The notes under the pieces are model-generated. The model had not been told where the DNA came from. It did not search any database and saw only the letters and a list, made by a program, of their open reading frames with translations. A stretch of 64,000 nt of DNA from NCBI GenBank assembly GCA_043801155.1, contig JAZDMI010000021.1, forward strand, positions 66,683 through 130,682, given 5' to 3'. The translations under genes were made by a program, and so were the position numbers. The first letter of the stretch is position 1. Each line of letters starts with the position of its first letter. The stretch is from Candidatus Gottesmanbacteria bacterium. GTDB taxonomy: Bacteria; Patescibacteriota; Microgenomatia; JAMCYU01. Shown here piece by piece: positions 9,806 through 19,057 of the stretch.

Positions 9806-10582
9806 ATGGTTCTTGCGGATTTTCCGATTATTGGTAATTATATTAAAAGAGTATCAAATAATATTGAAAAATTTGGCTTGCAGGAATCAATCAAAAATGA
9901 ATTTAGAAAATCAGGAACCAAAATTGAGATTATCGGATTAGATAGTAATCTACTGGATATTCTTACCAATAAACCAGTTGTGCTTATTTCTAATCATCCT
10001 TATGAACTTGAGCCAACTGTAGTAATAGCTAGCTTACCGAAAAGGGAAGATTTTTATTTTGTAATAAATTCCGTATATCTGAATATTTTTTCCAGTTTAG
10101 ACAAATATTTAATCCCGGTTTTTATCCGTCACAAGTTTGTTTATAAAATTTTAAGCATCGATAGTTGGCTTCTTAAGTTTATAGATAAATTTAATCCGAC
10201 GCCTGTCTATCCTCCAGATATTGAACATCAAAAAAATATTGAGGCCATAAAATTGGCCAGTGAAAAAATAAAAGCAGAAGGTATGGTGTATATTACACCA
10301 GCCAGGTACCAAAATGTCCCCGGTTGGCATAAGGGTATCGGTTACTTAATAAAAGAACTCGGACCTGCTGAAAATATATATTATATTAAAACTTATGTAC
10401 AAAATTCCTCAACTCTGGATATTTTAAGACTTTTACCCTTAATCGGACATATACTACCAACGCTGAAGATATATTTTGGGAAACCACAAAAACTTTCAGA
10501 AATTTATGATGAAAACCCAAAAAGATTAACAACAAAATTAGAAAATCAATACAACTCGTGGATAAATACTTTATTACTTTAA
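9806..10582 (+). CDS. Putative PlsC/LPLAT-like acyltransferase
   Basis: PVVLISNHP motif. Confidence 0.5.
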   Translation: MVLADFPIIGNYIKRVSNNIEKFGLQESIKNEFRKSGTKIEIIGLDSNLLDILTNKPVVLISNHPYELEPTVVIASLPKREDFYFVINSVYLNIFSSLDKYLIPVFIRHKFVYKILSIDSWLLKFIDKFNPTPVYPPDIEHQKNIEAIKLASEKIKAEGMVYITPARYQNVPGWHKGIGYLIKELGPAENIYYIKTYVQNSSTLDILRLLPLIGHILPTLKIYFGKPQKLSEIYDENPKRLTTKLENQYNSWINTLLL

Positions 10583-10606
10583 AGCAATAAAGTAGCTTCG
10601 TTATTA

Positions 10607-11170
10607 TTATCTCAAGAGAAGTTTAGCTGCTTGGTATTTTCCTTCAACCATTTTTTTGGCCTCGGGTATTGTCAATTTTTTCGTCCAGTCCCTTTCCAGC
10701 TTTTCTAAAACCCATTTAGCCGCCAGTTTCTCATCTTTATTATACTTATCCAAACCGACTCGTAAAAGAACGGGGATTACGTCAAAATGAGCCATGGCAT
10801 CGGCGTTAGCTAAAATTTTAGCGGTTAGACTTTTAGGTTTTATATCCTTGCTTCCTCGGTGAGATCCAATGGCTTCTTTGATTTCATCAATATCTTTTCT
10901 CGGATAGTTTAATTTCTTTAAAATTCTTTCTGCTTCCTTTTGGCCGGTAATTTCATGATTATCTTCACCGTATTTCATGCTGCCTAAATCGTGGAGCAGG
11001 GCTGCCAATTCAACTGTTTCTTCGCTGCCACCAAATTTTTTAGCCAGCATTTTGGCATAGGAAACAACCAGGGTAATATGTTGTTCCCAGACATTACTGG
11101 AATATCGTTTACATTTTAAACTTTCTTGTTTAACAATAACTCTGACTTCGGAGACTTGTAGTAGGGACAT
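10607..11170 (-). CDS. HD-domain phosphohydrolase
   Basis: H..V, AALLHDLG, NHE, SH, ADAMAH. Confidence 0.85.
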   Translation of the reverse strand: MSLLQVSEVRVIVKQESLKCKRYSSNVWEQHITLVVSYAKMLAKKFGGSEETVELAALLHDLGSMKYGEDNHEITGQKEAERILKKLNYPRKDIDEIKEAIGSHRGSKDIKPKSLTAKILANADAMAHFDVIPVLLRVGLDKYNKDEKLAAKWVLEKLERDWTKKLTIPEAKKMVEGKYQAAKLLLR

Positions 11171-11187
11171 ATGATATTAATTTTAGA

Positions 11188-11742
11188 TTAGGCGAATCTT
11201 TCTTTGAGAAACTCAATAAGGGGCCCTTTAGGTTTTATCATTTCTTGCTCATCATCATTAACAGTAATCTCCACATAACCAAGTCTTTGTAGTATCTCAG
11301 CAGCTTCTTGATATTCTAACGTTTGATCTGCTTGAATCTTCCTCTTCTTACTCTTGTCATTAATGGAATTCCTAAGTCTAAGAGGTAAAGATATATGATC
11401 ATCGCCAGAACTAATATTAATATCAAAACCACCTAATTGTTCATCGGGTCTCATGGGAATATTAATCCATCGTTGTTCGGGTTGGGCTTTTAAAGAAGCG
11501 ATTACAATTGCTGCCATTAATTGCTCTGCTTCGAAGTTATTAGCCGGAGACGAACTTAATGAGTCCACAACCAATTTATCGATATAAGGATCCTTTAGTA
11601 TCTCATATCTTGCCCGGCCGGGGATAACCTTTTTAATCGGATACTTTTGGTCTAATTCCGGATTAAAAGGAGAATATTTTTCGTCAATATCCTCAGAATT
11701 TTTAGAACCGGGAAATTGTTCGAATCCTCTATCATCACTCAT
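11188..11742 (-). CDS. Hypothetical protein
   Basis: Long ORF; probable start MSDDRG after AAAGGA. Confidence 0.6.
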   Translation of the reverse strand: MSDDRGFEQFPGSKNSEDIDEKYSPFNPELDQKYPIKKVIPGRARYEILKDPYIDKLVVDSLSSSPANNFEAEQLMAAIVIASLKAQPEQRWINIPMRPDEQLGGFDINISSGDDHISLPLRLRNSINDKSKKRKIQADQTLEYQEAAEILQRLGYVEITVNDDEQEMIKPKGPLIEFLKERFA

Positions 11743-11791
11743 AAATTTTTCCTTTCTAAACAAATAGAATATAAAGATATTATACAGTAAT

Positions 11792-12244
11792 TTATTTTGG
11801 CGTGAATTGGATATGTTCCTCTGGCGTTGGTGGAATTGGACCACCTGGTTCAGGTTGGGAATAGCAGTTTTCAATAGTTTTCTTTAAAAATTCTGACCCG
11901 GTTATAGGTACAAAACCAAAGCCTTTCCACTCTGCTATCTTTTCAAAGATCTTTGGTTTACCACGACCAACTCCGGCAATTCTTTTCATTCTTAAAGTTA
12001 ATTGTTCTGGTGATAAAATCCAGGTATCAACTGGTATTTTGTGGAGACTGCTTATTTGTTGCAGGATATCATTAAGTTCTGGTGTATCATTATTTCTGAC
12101 AATTAATATATCCAAGTCTGTATTTCTTGTCGGCGGTACACTATAAAAAGCTACAGATTGAATTTCTGGCTTATTAACAAGTTTGTTTTTTAATGATCCG
12201 GCAATAACTTCCGCCATTCCCAATAATATTTCTGTTTCAGACAT
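11792..12244 (-). CDS. Hypothetical protein, minimal nucleotidyltransferase-like
   Basis: VAFYS...TDLDILIV...VD pattern. Confidence 0.5.
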   Translation of the reverse strand: MSETEILLGMAEVIAGSLKNKLVNKPEIQSVAFYSVPPTRNTDLDILIVRNNDTPELNDILQQISSLHKIPVDTWILSPEQLTLRMKRIAGVGRGKPKIFEKIAEWKGFGFVPITGSEFLKKTIENCYSQPEPGGPIPPTPEEHIQFTPK

Positions 12245-12470
12245 AAAATAAGTCGAGCGAAACGACAGGTCTTGAACTTTGCAAATTACTCGTTAATGTG
12301 GTTTTCTCTAATTGGTATTATACCAAATTTGTTCTTTTGATTTTGGGTGTTTACAATATGGGATAAGTTAGTTGACATTATTAAAAGCGATACGCATTAT
12401 AGTGAAAAATATTGCCGGTAAGTAAAACTAAGAGTATCATTATCCGAAAAAATGACTCGTACTGATATTT

Positions 12471-13244
12471 ATGAACATAATTCATACTTTTATACAAAAA
12501 CTAAGCATATTAATTGACCCCATCTTTTATATCAGAAAGAAAAGAATAGGAAAAAACACATACCAAATAACAAAAAAGGTCAAACTGATGGTTCGTCCGG
12601 GAACAACGGACATGTTGATTGTCGCTGAAGTATTTACTTTTAAACAATATGGTATTGAACATCATCCCATAAAACCAGCAGATATAGTGGTTGATTTGGG
12701 AGCTCATATAGGAGCTTTTACGATCTATGCCGCAAGTCTGGCATATAAAGGGGAGGTCTATGCCTATGAACCCAATCCTTCAAACTTTGCCTATTTGAAA
12801 GAAAATATCCGTCTGAATAAATCCAGAAATATATCGATATTTAACAGTGCCGTTTCATCCAGCACCCAGCCGATTCGTTTATACATATCATCATCTGAAA
12901 GCGAACACAATCTTTATCAATCTGAAACTTCAAAATATCTTCTAGTTTCGTCGTTAACGCTCAATGATATTTTTACAAAAAACGGTTTATCCCGGATAAA
13001 CTATTTAAAACTTGACGTTGAAGGAGCTGAGTATGATATTTTGCTTAATACCCCAAGAAAAATATTGCAGCTGATAGATACTATTGTTTTTGAATACCAT
13101 GATTACCTTTCTCATGGACATACACATCATGAGTTGGTAAAAACTCTAAAAGAAGCAGGTTTTACGATTTACTACAATTGGCCAACTCTTATTGGCGATA
13201 TTATGAAGATGGGAAATATCTTGGCAACGAGGATAAAAGAATAA
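12471..13244 (+). CDS. FkbM family methyltransferase
   Basis: VVDLGAHIG, YEPNP, LKLDVEGAEY. Confidence 0.9.
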   Translation: MNIIHTFIQKLSILIDPIFYIRKKRIGKNTYQITKKVKLMVRPGTTDMLIVAEVFTFKQYGIEHHPIKPADIVVDLGAHIGAFTIYAASLAYKGEVYAYEPNPSNFAYLKENIRLNKSRNISIFNSAVSSSTQPIRLYISSSESEHNLYQSETSKYLLVSSLTLNDIFTKNGLSRINYLKLDVEGAEYDILLNTPRKILQLIDTIVFEYHDYLSHGHTHHELVKTLKEAGFTIYYNWPTLIGDIMKMGNILATRIKE

Positions 13245-13256
13245 TTACAATTTTAG

Positions 13257-13327
13257 TCGGGGTGCAGGGAATTGAACCCTGTCCGCATGACCCCCAGCCA
13301 CGCATTCTGCCGTTAAACCACACCCCG
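13257..13327 (-). tRNA. tRNA-Pro(GGG), CCA not encoded
   Basis: CGGGGTG acceptor stem, anticodon loop CT-GGG-GG, GGTTCAATTCC T-loop. Confidence 0.93.
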
Positions 13328-13397
13328 TATGAGAAACACTTGTATTTTACCATTGATTGTGCTAAAAGTGAAGAGAAATTTATAAGGAGAAAATAAT

Positions 13398-14438
13398 ATG
13401 GCGACAAATGATAATCCAAAACTTCAGGCAGTAAAATTGGCCATGGAGCAGATTGAAAAACAATACGGTAAGGGTTCAATTATGCGCCTCGGCGAAACTG
13501 CAGCGAAAACTCCAACTGACGTAGTTTCTACCGGTTCTTTGGCTTTAGATATTGCCTTAGGAGTTGGCGGTGTTCCGCGGGGAAGAATTGTGGAAATTTT
13601 TGGACCGGAAGCATCAGGCAAAACTAGTTTGACTTTATCGATTATTGCCCAGGCACAAAAGGCTGGCGGTACAGCCGCTTTTATTGATGCCGAACATGCC
13701 CTTGATCCTTCTTGGGCAAAAGTAATTGGTGTTGATTTGGATAATCTTTTAATCTCTCAGCCGGATACGGGAGAACAGGCTTTAGAAATTGCCGAAACAT
13801 TAATCAGAAGCGGTGCAGTTGATATTGTCGTTATTGATTCAGTCGCCGCTCTTGTTCCCCGGGCAGAAATTGAAGGAGAAATGGGAGACTCAATGATGGG
13901 TGTTCAAGCAAGATTAATGTCACAGGCACTGCGTAAATTAACCGGTGTTATTTCTAAATCAAAAACAGTCGCCATTTTTACCAACCAGCTTCGCCAAAAA
14001 ATCGGCATAATGTTTGGCAATCCCGAGACAACACCCGGAGGATTGGCTCTTAAATTTTATTCTTCGGTTAGACTTGATTGCCGTAAAATTGAAATGCTTA
14101 AAGACGGCGATAATGTAATCGGCAGCCGCCACCGGATTAAAATTGTAAAAAATAAAGTTGCTCCTCCGTTTAGAACCGCTGAACTCGATATTCTACCGAT
14201 GGAGGGTATTTCTAAAGAGAGTGGACTTTTAGATGTTGGTATCGAATTAGGTGTTATTCAGAAAAGCGGCGCTTTCTTAAAATATGGTACCCATATGTTA
14301 GGACAAGGAAAAGAAGCCGCCAGAATTTTTCTTAAGGAATCATCCAAAATTGCCAAAGAAATTACTGATGATATTTGGAAACAGGTTAAAAGCGGAAAAC
14401 CAATCCCAAAAGAACTAGGTGAAGACGAAGCTGAATAA
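13398..14438 (+). CDS. recA: Recombinase RecA
   Basis: [27 protein letters not shown]. Confidence 0.99.
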   Translation: MATNDNPKLQAVKLAMEQIEKQYGKGSIMRLGETAAKTPTDVVSTGSLALDIALGVGGVPRGRIVEIFGPEASGKTSLTLSIIAQAQKAGGTAAFIDAEHALDPSWAKVIGVDLDNLLISQPDTGEQALEIAETLIRSGAVDIVVIDSVAALVPRAEIEGEMGDSMMGVQARLMSQALRKLTGVISKSKTVAIFTNQLRQKIGIMFGNPETTPGGLALKFYSSVRLDCRKIEMLKDGDNVIGSRHRIKIVKNKVAPPFRTAELDILPMEGISKESGLLDVGIELGVIQKSGAFLKYGTHMLGQGKEAARIFLKESSKIAKEITDDIWKQVKSGKPIPKELGEDEAE

Positions 14439-14440
14439 TA

Positions 14441-15082
14441 ATGTCCCTAATTACTGATATAAAACCTCAAAAGAATCTTCGCCACGGAGAACCGCGGTTT
14501 AATATTTATCTTGATGGTAAATTTTCTTTTGCCGTGCCTGCCGAAGTTTTAGCGAAGGCGGGGCTGAAAATTCAACAACAGCTTACTCAAGAAAATATCC
14601 AGAAACTAATTAAAGAAAATGAATTAGATAAATATTATAATTTGGCTTTACAATTTTTATCCTTTCGTCCCCGCTCTGAAAAAGAACTGAAAGATTGGTT
14701 TAGGAAAAAAGAAGTTGGAGAAGACACCCAAAAAGTTATCTGGGAAAAATTAAAACACTTGGGATATATAAATGATGAAGAGTTTATAAAGTGGTGGGTA
14801 GACCAACGTCAGACATTTAAACCTCGGGGAAAGCGGGCTTTAGAGATGGAACTTTGGCAAAAAGGTATTTCTAAAGACTTAGTATCTAAGTATCTTAGTG
14901 TCACAGTATCATCTTTGTCTGAACTAGATTTAGCCAAAAAAGCAGCCGAGAAAAAGATAAAATTATGGGAAAAATTGCCTCCTTTAGAATTCCGGCAAAA
15001 AATTACCGCCTTCTTAGCCCGCCGGGGTTTTTCCTGGGAAATAATCGATAAAATAATTGACGAAATTGGTCAAAAAGAGTAA
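14441..15082 (+). CDS. recX: RecX regulator
   Basis: LSFRPRSEKE, FLARRGF; downstream of recA. Confidence 0.92.
   Translation: MSLITDIKPQKNLRHGEPRFNIYLDGKFSFAVPAEVLAKAGLKIQQQLTQENIQKLIKENELDKYYNLALQFLSFRPRSEKELKDWFRKKEVGEDTQKVIWEKLKHLGYINDEEFIKWWVDQRQTFKPRGKRALEMELWQKGISKDLVSKYLSVTVSSLSELDLAKKAAEKKIKLWEKLPPLEFRQKITAFLARRGFSWEIIDKIIDEIGQKE
14537..14562. repeat. GC palindrome in-frame within recX (PAEVLAKAG)
   Basis: Reverse complement CCCGCCTTCGCTAAAACTTCGGCAGG resembles 17429-17454. Confidence 0.75.
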
Positions 15083-15085
15083 GAT
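15057..15085 (+). promoter_or_regulatory. sigma70 promoter upstream of the rny leader
   Basis: TTGACG-17nt-TAAGAT. Confidence 0.55.
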
Positions 15086-15248
15086 ATTAGGTATTAAATA
15101 CTGAATGATGAATAGCTAAAAATATGATTATAAGCTTAATTACACATCATTTTTTACCCACTAAAGCAGACTAATCCGCCGGTGGGCGGACCTCGTGGGC
15201 TTCATTCAGTACTATTTTATAAATTTATCGTTATTTTTTGGAGGATTT

Positions 15249-16715
15249 ATGTCATTTTTTGATAGCATAAAAAGCATTTTTCAAAAGCCTAAGAAGAAAA
15301 AAGCTGAACACGAAGTAATAACTCGTCAACAAACACCTTCACCGCAATCGGTTTCACCGGTCGATCAAGCCCGGACCCAAGAAATTATTTTAGAAGCCAA
15401 AAACGAAGCTTTTAAAATAAAACAACAAGCCCAAGAAGAGGCGGCTAAACTCCGCGGTCAAGAAGCAGAAATTGCTAAAAGACAAGGAGCCTTAGAGGAA
15501 AAGGAAAAATATTTAAATGTCAAAGATCAGGAACTGCAAACACGTTTAGCCGAAATTGACAAAATCAAACAAGACCAAGTTGCCAAACTGGAGCGAGCGG
15601 CTGGCTTAACCCGAGACGAGGCCAAAGGTTTGATACTTACGGCATTGGAAGATAGATTAAAAGAAGATATTGCTAAAAGAATTAAAGAAGCCGATGCTAA
15701 GGCTGCCGAAGATGCTGATAAAAAAGCCAAAGAGATTTTGGTTGAGGCGATGCGGCATGGCGCGATTGATTATGTGGCTGAATATACTGTTTCAACTGTC
15801 AAACTGCCCGATGAAGAAATGAAAGGCAGAATAATTGGTAAAGAAGGTAGAAATATAAGGACTTTAGAAACAGCTACCGGTGTTGATTTTGATTTGGACG
15901 AAGAAGGTATCATTAGACTGTCATCTTTTGACCCGATCAGAAGAGAAATTGGCCGGGTGGCGGTGGAGCGTTTAATAGCTGATGGAAGGATTCAGCCGGG
16001 GAGAATTGAAGAGATTGTTGAACATACCAAGAAAGATATTGGAAAAATCATGTTTGAAGAAGGAGAAAAGCTAGCTCATTCTGTAGGCGTGTATAATTTA
16101 CCGGCTGATAAAATTGCTCTCTTGGGAAGATTTAAATATCGATTTTCATATGGTCAAAATATGATTACCCACACAATGGAAGAAACTAAAATCGGTATTG
16201 CCCTAGCCCAGGAAGTCGGAGCTAATGTGAATATTGTGCGTTTAGGCTGTCTGCTCCATGATATTGGTAAAGTCATAACCGAAGAAGAAGGTACCCATGT
16301 TAGTTTGGCTGTTGATCTTTTACGGAAAAATGGTATGCCGGATGCAGTCATCGCTTGTGTGGCCGAGCACCATGAGGATAAACCATTTTCGTCAATTGAA
16401 TCAATGATTGTTTATATTGCTGATGCGATTTCCGGTGCCAGACCAGGAGCCAGATATGAAGATTATGAAGAATATTTAAAAAGACTGACTGATCTTGAGG
16501 AAATTGCTAAATCTAAAGAAGGCGTGAAAGAAGCATATGCATTTCAGGCTGGCCGGGAAATAAGGGTTATTGTTGATCCGGGAAAAGTTGATGACAATGC
16601 TGCCACAATTTTAGCCCAAAAAATAAAAGATGAAATTGAAAAGAAATTAACTTTCCCGGGACAAGTGAAGGTAACAGTAATTCGTGAACTTCGAGTAATC
16701 GAAACAGCTCAATAA
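15249..16715 (+). CDS. rny: Ribonuclease Y
   Basis: KGRIIGKEGRNIR (KH), LLHDIGK (HD), ADAISGARPGAR. Confidence 0.97.
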   Translation: MSFFDSIKSIFQKPKKKKAEHEVITRQQTPSPQSVSPVDQARTQEIILEAKNEAFKIKQQAQEEAAKLRGQEAEIAKRQGALEEKEKYLNVKDQELQTRLAEIDKIKQDQVAKLERAAGLTRDEAKGLILTALEDRLKEDIAKRIKEADAKAAEDADKKAKEILVEAMRHGAIDYVAEYTVSTVKLPDEEMKGRIIGKEGRNIRTLETATGVDFDLDEEGIIRLSSFDPIRREIGRVAVERLIADGRIQPGRIEEIVEHTKKDIGKIMFEEGEKLAHSVGVYNLPADKIALLGRFKYRFSYGQNMITHTMEETKIGIALAQEVGANVNIVRLGCLLHDIGKVITEEEGTHVSLAVDLLRKNGMPDAVIACVAEHHEDKPFSSIESMIVYIADAISGARPGARYEDYEEYLKRLTDLEEIAKSKEGVKEAYAFQAGREIRVIVDPGKVDDNAATILAQKIKDEIEKKLTFPGQVKVTVIRELRVIETAQ

Positions 16716-16901
16716 GCTTTTAATATATACACTTTGGATATGTTTTTGGCTTCCTAACTGGGAATTTAAGATGCCTATTGCTTCATACCTTGTTCTGACA
16801 ATCTATCTAGTTTGTTATATTTAATATATCTTGACAAGACAATAAAAATTGTCTACATTGATGAAAAGATATTGATATAACAATATCTTCAAAAAACAGA
16901 G

Positions 16902-16949
16902 CCTGCCCGAGCCCTCCTTTGTCCTAATTTTATTGGGACTTCGGCGGGC
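16902..16949. repeat. GC palindrome element in the hup leader
   Basis: CCTGCCCG..GCCCTCCTTTG[TCCTAATTTTATTGGGA]CTTCGGCGGGC. Confidence 0.7.
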
Positions 16950-17005
16950 TTAAGAAACTCTAATCTCGTGAAGCTCGAAAAGAGTTCCTGAAGGAGGTGA
17001 AAAAA

Positions 17006-17278
17006 ATGACAAAAGCTGATTTAATCGACTACGTTGCTAAAAAAGTTAATTTGACGAATAAGGCTGCCAGAGAAGCAGTCGTTGCTATCTTTGGAGGAAT
17101 TTCTGATTCTCTTAAAAAAGGCGATAAAGTCGTCTTAACCGGATTTGGAACTTTCTCTGTTCGTTCTCGAGCAGCCAGAAAGGGACGAAATCCGCAAACT
17201 GGAGCCGCTATTGATATTCCGGCTAGAAAAACTCCGGGTTTTACAGCAGGTAAAGCATTGAAAAAAGTCGTTAGGTAA
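17006..17278 (+). CDS. hup: HU DNA-binding protein
   Basis: GFGTF, RAARKGRNPQTG; SD AAGGAGGT. Confidence 0.96.
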   Translation: MTKADLIDYVAKKVNLTNKAAREAVVAIFGGISDSLKKGDKVVLTGFGTFSVRSRAARKGRNPQTGAAIDIPARKTPGFTAGKALKKVVR

Positions 17279-17298
17279 TATTTGTTGATAACGAGATT

Positions 17299-17336
17299 AA
17301 AGAGAGGTAATCCGCTAAAGGCGGAACCTCTTTTTT
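17299..17336 (+). terminator. Intrinsic terminator after hup
   Basis: AGAGGT..TCCGC-TAAAG-GCGGA-ACCTCT then T-run. Confidence 0.8.
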
Positions 17337-17390
17337 GGTGCAAAGACAGAAAACAAGCATAAATTTTATCCCTACTGTATAATACATTTC

Positions 17391-17477
17391 ATGAAATATC
17401 TTATTAAGACTTTTGGTTGTCAGATGAACCCGCCTTCGCTAAGGCTATGGCAGGGCGAGACTACTGTTTTAATATAA
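17391..17477 (+). pseudogene. Recoded miaB 5' stub MKYLIKTFGCQMN interrupted by a palindrome (17429-17454)
   Basis: Duplicates IKTFGCQMN of miaB with synonymous changes only; TATAAT 7 nt upstream; TAA overlaps miaB ATG. Confidence 0.8.
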
Positions 17478-18502
17478 TGACTATGAATAAAAGTAAGTCC
17501 TTTTTTATCAAGACATTCGGATGCCAAATGAACGAGGCGGATTCGGAAAAGATTGGCGGTTGGTATGAGTCGCGAGGGTGGAAAAAAGCTAAATCTATCA
17601 ATGAGGCAGACGAAATAATTATTAATACTTGTTCAGTAAGACAATCAGCCGAGCATCGGGTAATGGGACTGATAAACAATATCAAAAGTCAAAATGCAAA
17701 AGTCAAAGACAAAAGGCCAAGGATTATCTTAACCGGTTGCATGTTATATCATGGAATGACTACTTTAAAACAAAAGTTGCCAGATGTTGATCAATTCGTA
17801 GGAGTAAAAGATTTAATTCATAATTCTGAATTCTTAATTCTTAATTCAAAAGCCCCAGCTTTTATTCCCATCATGGAAGGTTGTAATAATTTTTGTACCT
17901 ATTGTGTAGTGCCTTATGCCAGAGGTAGAGAGAAATCGCGGCATCTTGACGAAATTATCTGTGAGGTTAAAGAATTAGTAAAAAGGGGCACTAGAAAGAT
18001 CATGATTTTAGGACAAAACGTAAATTCATTTCAACCTTCTTTTGCCGAATTATTAATCAATTTAAATAAAATTTCCGGTTTAGAAAAAATTTCTTTTATG
18101 ACTTCAAATCCTTGGGATTTAACTGATGAGATTATTAATGCCATGAAGCTTCCAAAAGTTGACAGATATTTACATCTACCAGTACAGTCAGGTGATGATG
18201 AGATTTTGCGAAAAATGAATCGACATTATACCGCAAAACAGTATTTACAATTAGTAAAGAAAATACGAAATGAAATACCGGAAATAAAAATCGGGACTGA
18301 TATTATTGTTGGATTTCCAGGTGAAACAGAAGAGCAATTTAATAATACCGTCAGACTATGTAAAAAAGTTGGATTTATAAAGGCTTATATTGCCCGATAT
18401 TCACCACGGCCGGTAACAACAGCTTATAAATTAAAAGATAATGTCAGTCCGCAGGAAAAGAAAAGAAGATGGCAAATTTTGGAAAACTTGATTAATTCTT
18501 AA
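17477..18502 (+). CDS. miaB: MiaB-family radical SAM methylthiotransferase (no TRAM domain)
   Basis: TFGCQMN, NTCSVR, CNNFCTYC, TDIIVGFPGET. Confidence 0.9.
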   Translation: MTMNKSKSFFIKTFGCQMNEADSEKIGGWYESRGWKKAKSINEADEIIINTCSVRQSAEHRVMGLINNIKSQNAKVKDKRPRIILTGCMLYHGMTTLKQKLPDVDQFVGVKDLIHNSEFLILNSKAPAFIPIMEGCNNFCTYCVVPYARGREKSRHLDEIICEVKELVKRGTRKIMILGQNVNSFQPSFAELLINLNKISGLEKISFMTSNPWDLTDEIINAMKLPKVDRYLHLPVQSGDDEILRKMNRHYTAKQYLQLVKKIRNEIPEIKIGTDIIVGFPGETEEQFNNTVRLCKKVGFIKAYIARYSPRPVTTAYKLKDNVSPQEKKRRWQILENLINS

Positions 18503-18528
18503 GTAATTATATACCATATATTACAATC

Positions 18529-19056
18529 ATGGATAATTTAAAAAGATTTTTCTTAAAACCTCCATATACATTTTATGAAAAATTTATAAAAAGACAGAAA
18601 GAAGGACTGTCGTTTATAATTTTATTCTTTTTCTTGATTACATTTATTCTTGCACGCACCTGGGTCTATTTATCGATAATTGGATTAATTCCCGAATCAT
18701 TAACGGAGAATATTCGCGGGGTTCATATTCATCATTTTGCCTGGGGTATATTATTAAATAGTATTATTGGCTATTTAGTTCTAGTCTTACCAAGGCATTA
18801 TTTTGAAGTTTGGAAAACAAAACTATCGGCTCTTTTTGGCATTGGATTAGCGCTGACATTTGATGAATTTGGGATGTGGTTAAGACTTCAGGATAATTAC
18901 GTTTTTCGTCACGGATACGATGTTATCATTATTATTACCCTTCTGTTTTTAAACATTATATATTTTAGTAATCTATGGAAAAGAATTGGATCGTTAATAT
19001 ATAGAGATATTATGAGGATAAAGATACCAAAATTTTTTCGAAGTCTTTTAGGCTAA
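18529..19056 (+). CDS. Integral membrane protein
   Basis: About 4 TM; HIHHF, GLALTFDEF. Confidence 0.7.
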   Translation: MDNLKRFFLKPPYTFYEKFIKRQKEGLSFIILFFFLITFILARTWVYLSIIGLIPESLTENIRGVHIHHFAWGILLNSIIGYLVLVLPRHYFEVWKTKLSALFGIGLALTFDEFGMWLRLQDNYVFRHGYDVIIIITLLFLNIIYFSNLWKRIGSLIYRDIMRIKIPKFFRSLLG

Positions 19057-19057
19057 T

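Noticed and set aside
13178-13479. ORFs 13178-13396 and 13201-13479
   Set aside because: They overlap tRNA-Pro and recA; no protein-like features.
17417-17476. N-terminal extension of MiaB (MSDEPAFAKAMAG)
   Set aside because: Off-frame reading of the stub and palindrome from a TTG; the likely start is 17477 or 17483.
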